Below the pieces are notes generated by a model. It did no database searches. It was not told the DNA's origin and saw only the letters and a list, made by a program, of their open reading frames with translations. 64,000 nucleotides of DNA. Source: a virus. The DNA lies in the IMG/VR virus record IMGVR_UViG_3300037091_000121, positions 3,203-67,202 of that record. One strand, given 5' to 3'. Positions 57,281-64,000 of the stretch are shown one piece after another. The number at the start of each line of letters is the position of its first letter. Position 1 is the first letter of the stretch. The position numbers were made by a program, and so were the translations under genes.

Positions 57281-60127
57281 TCAGCCCGAGTGGCGATTGT
57301 GCAAAAGAGGAATGTAAGTTAGTGTCAAAAGCTCGAACTCCGGCCTGTTGAATACACTCCCCGATATTGATAGCTGTCCAGCTCGGCCTAGAAGATCTCT
57401 ATCCAGCCTTTGAGATAGTTCCAGCTGCACCCCTGGTAAGTAATTGGGTTGTGAGTTCTGAACATTGGGGTTAAACCCCAATAGGTTTAGGGCGTAACTA
57501 TGGGATGTAGGAGGATACTCACTACGAGCCGTATTAGCCGAAAGGGTGACGTTATCAGTTGTAGCCGCTAGGCGGATCTTAACATTTGTAAGCAAGCTCT
57601 CATCGAGGTGCCTGAACCAGATCTGGTGTACGATTACGAGCGCGTAGGCCGGCGTCGAGAAGTTGATCTGGATAGGAGCCGACCCATCCAGGTTCCCACT
57701 CTCCGCCTGGTAGACTACGCCACTCGCGTCTAGTTGATAGAGACCGGCGATGCTCTTGAGAGGCACGTCTGTTGCGAATGCACCACAGAAGTTTTGAGAC
57801 ACTCCCTCCCCCATCGGATTGTAGGTGCAAGGCTCCCAAGCATCCAGGTCAATATTGTAGTCAAGCCTCTGGTCGCCACCATTAGCCCCTGCCGTGGCGC
57901 TGGCGAAGTAGAGGCAGTAGTATCGACCCTCCAGCCTTCGGTGAGTGGTGGCAAACCACTGGTTCCACTTGGAGGCCGGGGCCGATGTCAGCCTGGGGCT
58001 ACAGCGCAGCCAGGAGATGTCCTGCGGATCGCTAGACCCATCCCAAGCCATTACCTTGGGGCCTGGTGCTACCCAGTAAAGGATGCCATTAATCTCCTTG
58101 ACAGTATCTCCTCCGTTCTGCAAGCATCCAACAGCAGCAGTCTTCTGAACAGACGTAGGACCCCACTCCGTCTGCGAGTGAGCGGTGCAGCGGTAGATGT
58201 TGTTCCTGGTGATGATGGTTGCCCACCCCTGGAAGAACCCACCCCACTCTATCTCCTCATCTTGAGCTACGTCTCGGAAGATGTCGAAATTCCAGCCCAT
58301 AGTGGGGCTTCCCCTGGTAAGAGGGTCAACTCCCGAGGTGAACGTCTCGTAATCCTTTGGTCTAAATGGTGTAGCAAGGTTACTGACAGCAATGCCATTA
58401 GGGTGGCCCGCGTAGTTGAAGAGCCACAACCTGCCTTCTGGGGAACGTTGAACATATCTTGCTCCTGCAGGAGGGGCACTCCTGGAACTCTCCGAGGTCA
58501 ATAGGGGGACATCCAGCGTATTCAGCAACTGAATGGTCTCGTTAGGCGTATTGTCTACGTAGCAGGCTCTTACAGAAACTCCGCTGGAGTGGCTGAACTG
58601 GAAACCGTCAGGGTTATTTGTAGTGGTCGCGTAGTTCAGTCCTCCCGTCAGAGTGACTGTATTCCCTGATATGTTTCTAATCTGAAGGGCTTCCTGCTTT
58701 CCAGTAGCCCCAGGTTCGAATACCAACCAGTTGCCTACAGCTAGACCAACAACCGAAGTTAACCCTGTCGATGTATCTCCTACCGCTGAAGCCCCTACCG
58801 TTGTCGAGGAATAGTTAGGTACGGAGTCCACGAACAACCACAGCGGTAGACCGTTACTGTCGAGAGTGAGTGATGGCACACCACCGTTACGGTAGATGCG
58901 GATGGTCGTGACGGTGGAATCTGCGGATATGGCAGGGATAATCAGTGCTGACTTTGAGAACGCGCCCGCCGTGGTTTGATCGAACGATATACCCTCTACG
59001 CTGAAGTCTACAGGTTGACCATTGTTGGTGATTGCCGAAGGGGCGCTCTCCCTCACTCCGTTGCTGTCGTAGTAGGTGTAAACCCATCGATAAGGCCCTT
59101 CCAAGGTTCCGGGGAGATAGACTGATGACATCCAGTCAGAACCACCGCCCTGCGTGTTCTGAACCAACACCCTCATAAAGTTAAGCGCGTTCAAGTCTCC
59201 TATAGGAACGAAGAATGGATACCAAACATTCACGTTCTCTGCATCCGAGAACATCGAAACGCTGTAGTCAGTGGGAGTGTTTACCCCATACTGGAACTGC
59301 ATCCTCACCTTTTGCGTGATCGCGTTCTGATCCTGCTTCACCCAAAAGGCAATACTGTGTGAGATACCTCCAACGTATGTTCCCCATTGAGACGGAAATA
59401 AGAAATCGGTACTGTTGACGTAGTGGCCCAGTGCAGCCGCGTTCACATCGTTCAGGTGGCTTGATACACTGCCGTCAGGAGGAGGGTTGGATGTAGTATC
59501 TACAAGCTGGTTGAAGTTACCAGCACTGTCAGCGCCCCACGCCGTGTTGTAGTTCTCCATGATGCCAAATGGACGAGGAATGACAACTGGAGAAGCAGCA
59601 GGTGCTGTAGGCAAAGACAGTGAGATAAGATGGTTAGGCGAGTTAGTTGGTGAATACTTGTGCAGAGTATTCTGCCTATCGGTGAGGTAGAACTGATCTG
59701 CCAGCGTAGTGCCCTGGAAGTAGGGCTGTGCCGTGCCTCCTAGGCCCGTTCCACCACTCGCTGCCACCCACCCAGTATCAGTCCCCACCTTGATCTCATA
59801 CAGGACTGCCGTAGCGCCTGGACCCATCGCAGAGAGCCAGGTGAACGAGCCGTCACTCTTGTAAAGGAAATCAAGGAACCTTGGTGGTATCGTTCCCGGC
59901 AACGCCCCGAACTGTGCCGTCTCTCCAAGTCGGGTGAGCCACGTCTTTCGAGATACCCGAATGTTACTAAGAACCGGTGCCTTGTCCTCGGGGAAGTCTA
60001 CGCTTCCAGGGTCAGTGCCTTCAAGCAATCCACCAATGGGGGCCTCAATGAGACGCTCCTGCCGGATAGCGCCGTCGCTGGCGATCGAGGGGATTCCCGA
60101 AGCTGCGTAGTCTCCACGAGTCGGCAA
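57281..60127 (-). CDS. Tail nozzle/tubular B-like protein
   Basis: 948 aa, beta-propeller-like (GRLWLF, VGC..G.TV.EI.G.LYW); typical of podovirus tails. Confidence 0.65.
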   Translation of the reverse strand: MPTRGDYAASGIPSIASDGAIRQERLIEAPIGGLLEGTDPGSVDFPEDKAPVLSNIRVSRKTWLTRLGETAQFGALPGTIPPRFLDFLYKSDGSFTWLSAMGPGATAVLYEIKVGTDTGWVAASGGTGLGGTAQPYFQGTTLADQFYLTDRQNTLHKYSPTNSPNHLISLSLPTAPAASPVVIPRPFGIMENYNTAWGADSAGNFNQLVDTTSNPPPDGSVSSHLNDVNAAALGHYVNSTDFLFPSQWGTYVGGISHSIAFWVKQDQNAITQKVRMQFQYGVNTPTDYSVSMFSDAENVNVWYPFFVPIGDLNALNFMRVLVQNTQGGGSDWMSSVYLPGTLEGPYRWVYTYYDSNGVRESAPSAITNNGQPVDFSVEGISFDQTTAGAFSKSALIIPAISADSTVTTIRIYRNGGVPSLTLDSNGLPLWLFVDSVPNYSSTTVGASAVGDTSTGLTSVVGLAVGNWLVFEPGATGKQEALQIRNISGNTVTLTGGLNYATTTNNPDGFQFSHSSGVSVRACYVDNTPNETIQLLNTLDVPLLTSESSRSAPPAGARYVQRSPEGRLWLFNYAGHPNGIAVSNLATPFRPKDYETFTSGVDPLTRGSPTMGWNFDIFRDVAQDEEIEWGGFFQGWATIITRNNIYRCTAHSQTEWGPTSVQKTAAVGCLQNGGDTVKEINGILYWVAPGPKVMAWDGSSDPQDISWLRCSPRLTSAPASKWNQWFATTHRRLEGRYYCLYFASATAGANGGDQRLDYNIDLDAWEPCTYNPMGEGVSQNFCGAFATDVPLKSIAGLYQLDASGVVYQAESGNLDGSAPIQINFSTPAYALVIVHQIWFRHLDESLLTNVKIRLAATTDNVTLSANTARSEYPPTSHSYALNLLGFNPNVQNSQPNYLPGVQLELSQRLDRDLLGRAGQLSISGSVFNRPEFELLTLTYIPLLHNRHSG

Positions 60128-60180
60128 GGTGGGTAATCTCCTCTACTCTATTTCTAACAGCCATCCAGAAAACTATTTTC

Positions 60181-60447
60181 AGGCGTGAGTACTGTAATCC
60201 GAGATTGCAGGTGTCCTAGTACTTATAAATACCTGCAAGGCCCTGGTCCATAGCGTTAGCTGGGACCCCCAACTAGCCCCTCGGCGAGAGGCTGTTGTCC
60301 TCCGGACGCCCTCCGGGGGTCGAAGCGCTCCGCTTTCCAGTATGGGCAAAGTCTACAGGAAAGGCTGCTCTTGACCTAGCTTTATATAAAATCCTCTGCC
60401 GAGGCTCCGCCGAGGGTACCCTTCGAAGAAGGGCAGAGACCACGCCC
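60181..60447 (-). ncRNA. Candidate ~270-nt structured RNA with closing stem and pseudoknot
   Basis: Ends pair with each other (GGCGTG/CACGCC); several 7-9 bp helices; no ORF. Confidence 0.5.
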
Positions 60448-60458
60448 TTGATCTAGGC

Positions 60459-61055
60459 CTAGATCTTCCATCCACCTCCGTGCCCCTGTGAGATATCCTC
60501 ATCAACGCTTATCCCACAAACTGTAGATCCCACCGTCTGCTTGAGGTTCCAGTCAGCGAAGGTGTGGCTCCCGGCCCAGCCCGTAGACATAGACAACCAA
60601 GCATAGCTACCTGGGATGCTCTTCTTGATGTGACTGCAGACCAGACCTGATCCATACACCCCGATTGGATGTGCGTTGCCCGTCTTCGCAAAGGCCGCGA
60701 CTACACCCGTGAAGTAGTCCGTGATTACACCCAATACCTCGGCTTGACTGGCATCATGATCGACCGCGAAGTAGATCGGGCTACCTGCCGACTGGCCAAC
60801 GAATAACGCATTTTTAATTGCAAACATCCCGTCTTCCAGCCCCTTGGCGTGAGAGAAGTAGGCAGCGCTAGTGGGGCTGCCATTCTCAACTATGGTAACT
60901 ACATAGAGCCCCGCTGCAGACAGCGCCATAGCCTCGGCCTTGCTAAGACACGAGGGGCTCGATTTGTAGTATCTTGCCACCCATCTGTAGCCCGAATCAA
61001 ATATGCACTTGGCGTGGTTAGAAAGGTCTTGGTTCGCATCGCACCCTCGGATCAT
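60459..61055 (-). CDS. DUF1906/Rv2525c-like glycoside hydrolase (endolysin candidate)
   Basis: GYRWVARYY, LSKAEA..L..AGL, PIYFAVD, GVYGS motifs. Confidence 0.82.
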   Translation of the reverse strand: MIRGCDANQDLSNHAKCIFDSGYRWVARYYKSSPSCLSKAEAMALSAAGLYVVTIVENGSPTSAAYFSHAKGLEDGMFAIKNALFVGQSAGSPIYFAVDHDASQAEVLGVITDYFTGVVAAFAKTGNAHPIGVYGSGLVCSHIKKSIPGSYAWLSMSTGWAGSHTFADWNLKQTVGSTVCGISVDEDISQGHGGGWKI

Positions 61056-61255
61056 TTATTTTCCTTATACTTGACTGGTGCAGGATACGCACATGTGGCC
61101 TATCGTTACCCACTTATTACATCTAGAACAAAATGCCCAATTTAAACCAGAAACAGGAAGAGGATTAGACTGGCTTGGCATAACATTACACTTCGGATGC
61201 TCCAGACGATCCAACCTATCCTCCAACTCTTTTAGCCTTTTCCCAATGTCTTCTG

Positions 61256-61792
61256 TCATTTGGTCGCCACTGTCCTTTTCGGTCTTGGCCCAATGATAAG
61301 AGCCGAGTCAAACCACCTCATTCTATCCATCACGTCAGACCCATAGGATTTCCCAGTAGTCCACTCATCCACATCTCCAGCAGCGTGACCACGAGCTGCA
61401 CCACCGAACCCCGCGTTGTAGCTGGCAGCAGTGAACTTGAGACGAGCCCAGTCATCTGCGATGTCAGGGTAGCGCCTGATGCACTCGGAAAGATCAGCAG
61501 CCAGCATAGCGCACCCATACGCGATGAGCAGATCAGGGTCAGACTTCCAGGTCCGGTGCGCTTGTGCCAGCCTCGCTATCTCGTGCTGAATGTCTATCTG
61601 CATCACCCCGGTTCCGTGATACACGCCGCCACGGAAGCCCCCGAGGATGTTATCGCAGTTAGTCTCCCTACTAGCGATGGCACAGACAAACCCCAGGTCA
61701 AGCCCATGCTTCTTCGCAGAGACCTCCATCGGGACATAGCAGCCCTGATCCTGCAACCTGGCTATCTGCTCCTGTGCGTCTCGGAGCTTCAT
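61256..61792 (-). CDS. Lysozyme g/SLT-like muramidase
   Basis: AIASRET, GVMQID, ASYNAG, TTG..Y..DV..R. Confidence 0.82.
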   Translation of the reverse strand: MKLRDAQEQIARLQDQGCYVPMEVSAKKHGLDLGFVCAIASRETNCDNILGGFRGGVYHGTGVMQIDIQHEIARLAQAHRTWKSDPDLLIAYGCAMLAADLSECIRRYPDIADDWARLKFTAASYNAGFGGAARGHAAGDVDEWTTGKSYGSDVMDRMRWFDSALIIGPRPKRTVATK

Positions 61793-62331
61793 TCTGACCC
61801 TTGGCCTGTATTGGATATCGTTACTGGCAATGGATCTGGCGCTGTAACGGGCATTGGAGTGGACGCTGCGGGCATGGCAGAGATCAGCAGATTAGTCTTC
61901 TGGTCGGCCAACACGACAGCAGCCTTCAACTCTGCCGCAGCGGTTCCAGTAGCCATGCCCTCGTTCACTCCCGCAGAGTGGCTGGCGCTCTTTGTCATGT
62001 CCAACAACTCCTGCATGCGGCCGTCGATAGATAAGTGAAGCTCTTGAACCTGACCTGACACCTGCTGAACTTTACTTGATGCATCAATCGCCTTTAAGAA
62101 AGCCAACAGTGCAGCAATAAAAGTAGCCAGTGACGTTAGTATAGAGGTCAAGTGGTCTATCGTCACAGAAGCACCACCGCCGCAGAGACTAGGCAGAATA
62201 GCATCTCCTCGGTTCCCGTTACCTTGCCCATCCACCCAGCGATAATCGCAAGAATGAATGCCACTAGAGCTACAATCTTCCCTACCCAAAATGGCTGGAA
62301 TGACATTTCGGTCTCCTTTTACAATATTCAC
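61789..62331 (-). CDS. Membrane protein of the lysis module (holin-like; true start probably ~62166)
   Basis: Hydrophobic ILTSLATFIAALLAFL followed by a coiled coil; adjacent to the lysins. Confidence 0.45.
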   Translation of the reverse strand: MNIVKGDRNVIPAILGREDCSSSGIHSCDYRWVDGQGNGNRGDAILPSLCGGGASVTIDHLTSILTSLATFIAALLAFLKAIDASSKVQQVSGQVQELHLSIDGRMQELLDMTKSASHSAGVNEGMATGTAAAELKAAVVLADQKTNLLISAMPAASTPMPVTAPDPLPVTISNTGQGSE

Positions 62332-62426
62332 CTATTACGGCCGGTCCAATACCAGCCGCCACCTCCGAACAATAATAGCGCCAATATGATGATGAGGATG
62401 GTTTCCATTTCTTTCTCCTTTACAGG

Positions 62427-63896
62427 TCACCCCGCTGCCGAGATTATCTGCGGCGGGCCACCACTACTACTAGGTTGTGTGCTGCTTCCACTAGGCCCTG
62501 ACTGAACAGCCCCCATATCCAACGATCCAACGGTTGCTGTAATTCCAGGGAATGGGCCTGGAGCGCCTTTGCCCCGGACGGCCGCACCGCCACCGGCTGT
62601 ATTGTTCAGTCCGAAGTTGGCGGTTCCCCCGCTCGTCGGGCCTACGTAGGGAGAGGCGGAAAGAATGACATCCTTCGGGTTGAGGTAGGGGTTCACCTGC
62701 CCGGCGCCGGTGGCGTCCGAGTTCATATGGTTGCGCGTACCGCCGGTGTTCGCGGACGCGCCACCGCCATAAGCGTTCCCGTCATAAGCGAAATCGGAAG
62801 GCCAGTTCCCGCTGGTCATCGTAATACCGAACCCGCCGTTGTTGGTCAACAGGTTGTTTTTAACTAGGTCGCCTAGCATGTTGCCGCCCGACCCCTTGAT
62901 CCCGTCGCCACCGTTACCGTGGCAGGTATTGTTATGGATCGAGTTTCCGGTCCCCGTAAAACGGATGCCGTCGGAGGAAGCCCCGGTGTTATTCGTCACC
63001 AGGTTGAACGAGGCGCCGGTGTTGTTGTTCAGGTTGATGCCAGGGCAGGCGTTATCATGCACATAACAGCAGGTCACGTAGTTAGACACGCTGGCGGCCA
63101 TGTTGATGCCGGCGGTGGCGCCCGATCCGCCGCCTGTCGCCTCGCACTCGACAATCGCATCGTTTCCACCCGTGACGTTGAACCCAAGAGTGGTAAAGTT
63201 AGCTGCCTTGCAGCGGCGGGTCATCGAGTGAGTTCCTACGGAGAAAGCGGTCGAAGTGCCGAACGAACCGCAGTCTACATCCAGGTTCTCTACCCAGATA
63301 CCCACCCCGGACATATTAATGACGGTGATACCGGTGTTCGCGGTCAGGGTCAGGGTGGCATGGCCGCTGTCATTCCTGACCGCCCCATAGCCGATCACTC
63401 GCACGGCCCATCCCGTCGCGGAGCTTGGGGTCGAAGATTGGGCAAAGGCGATGGAGGCGGTGGTGGTGAATGCGCCATTGCAATAAATCTTATTGGAGGC
63501 CACAGCCACCGGAGCGACTGCCGTCAGCGTAGCTAGAGCGCCGCCCACCGAACCAGTCCCCGCAACACCTGCCGCTGACGTAGGAGCCCGGTCTAGGGTC
63601 ACGGTGTTCGTGTTGGTTACCACCGTGATCTCGTAGAACCCGGCCGTAAAATTTGTTCCAGAAACGATGTGGATCAGGTTTCCAACCATAGCGGCGGTGA
63701 ACCCGCCAGTAACAGAGGTAAGGGTGGTGACAACGCCGGTGGTGGCCAGATCAGTGAGGGTCAACTGGGCCGCGTTCTGCTGCGAATAATCCGTGACTAC
63801 AGTAAGCGCGTTGATCCCGCCGCCATTGTTGTCATTACCAGGGCCAATACCCCCAGTACCCCTAGTCTCCCACACTGTGCTTGGCGAAAGCGCCAT
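62427..63896 (-). CDS. Right-handed beta-helix tail/fibre protein
   Basis: Asn/Gly beta-helix repeats; paralog of the 1414-3396 N-terminus (TS.TGGFT..M.GN.IH). Confidence 0.7.
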   Translation of the reverse strand: MALSPSTVWETRGTGGIGPGNDNNGGGINALTVVTDYSQQNAAQLTLTDLATTGVVTTLTSVTGGFTAAMVGNLIHIVSGTNFTAGFYEITVVTNTNTVTLDRAPTSAAGVAGTGSVGGALATLTAVAPVAVASNKIYCNGAFTTTASIAFAQSSTPSSATGWAVRVIGYGAVRNDSGHATLTLTANTGITVINMSGVGIWVENLDVDCGSFGTSTAFSVGTHSMTRRCKAANFTTLGFNVTGGNDAIVECEATGGGSGATAGINMAASVSNYVTCCYVHDNACPGINLNNNTGASFNLVTNNTGASSDGIRFTGTGNSIHNNTCHGNGGDGIKGSGGNMLGDLVKNNLLTNNGGFGITMTSGNWPSDFAYDGNAYGGGASANTGGTRNHMNSDATGAGQVNPYLNPKDVILSASPYVGPTSGGTANFGLNNTAGGGAAVRGKGAPGPFPGITATVGSLDMGAVQSGPSGSSTQPSSSGGPPQIISAAG

Positions 63897-64000
63897 CTAG
63901 TTCACCTTATCCAAGGAAACTGTCAACTCAGAACTTAGCACCACCGTTAACCGCAGCGCCCTTCACCTGGTTCAGCACCGCATTGGAAGTCGCCTCATAA

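Noticed and set aside
60181-60447. tmRNA, RNase P RNA or a third group I intron
   Set aside because: No tRNA-like ends or CCA, no recognisable RNase P P4 motif, and no P/Q/R/S core.

Overview
The window is part of a tailed dsDNA phage genome, probably podovirus-like: it has portal, scaffold, capsid, nozzle, ejection-type, fibre and lysis genes and no tape measure. A DUF1559/H-X9-DG prepilin-like gene hints at an Armatimonadota/PVC-type host. The main discovery is a candidate RNA-guided system. Two RAMP/Cas7-fold-like genes (35020-35667 -, 50303-50908 +) co-occur with ten small RNA units, most under their own promoters, built of 5-nt repeats (fixed triplet + variable dinucleotide) and nine of them hairpin-ended. 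Family 1 has four GGH-NN tracts; family 2 has six degenerate NNY-NN units ending ATCACAG + hairpin. Reading the dinucleotides as NN-x (codon positions 1-2, wobble skipped) spells peptides that closely match a gene next to the unit, e.g. YGVNRWxxGW, KQTxYGEWKxT, VxHGEALxDEI and IxSNNPESPR. Mismatches to the resident allele often fall at Leu/Ser/Arg codon-family swaps, suggesting guides aimed at homologous alleles of rival phages while sparing self. The three-unit array is punctuated by two twister-like ribozymes. Other findings: a major capsid gene split by two ORF-less group I introns around a 19-nt exon and flanked by two free-standing LAGLIDADG genes; a split terminase with an intein; Tad1-like and Acb2/Tad1-like anti-defence sponges; two unexplained structured noncoding regions. 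All family calls come from motif recognition by eye; no searches were run.
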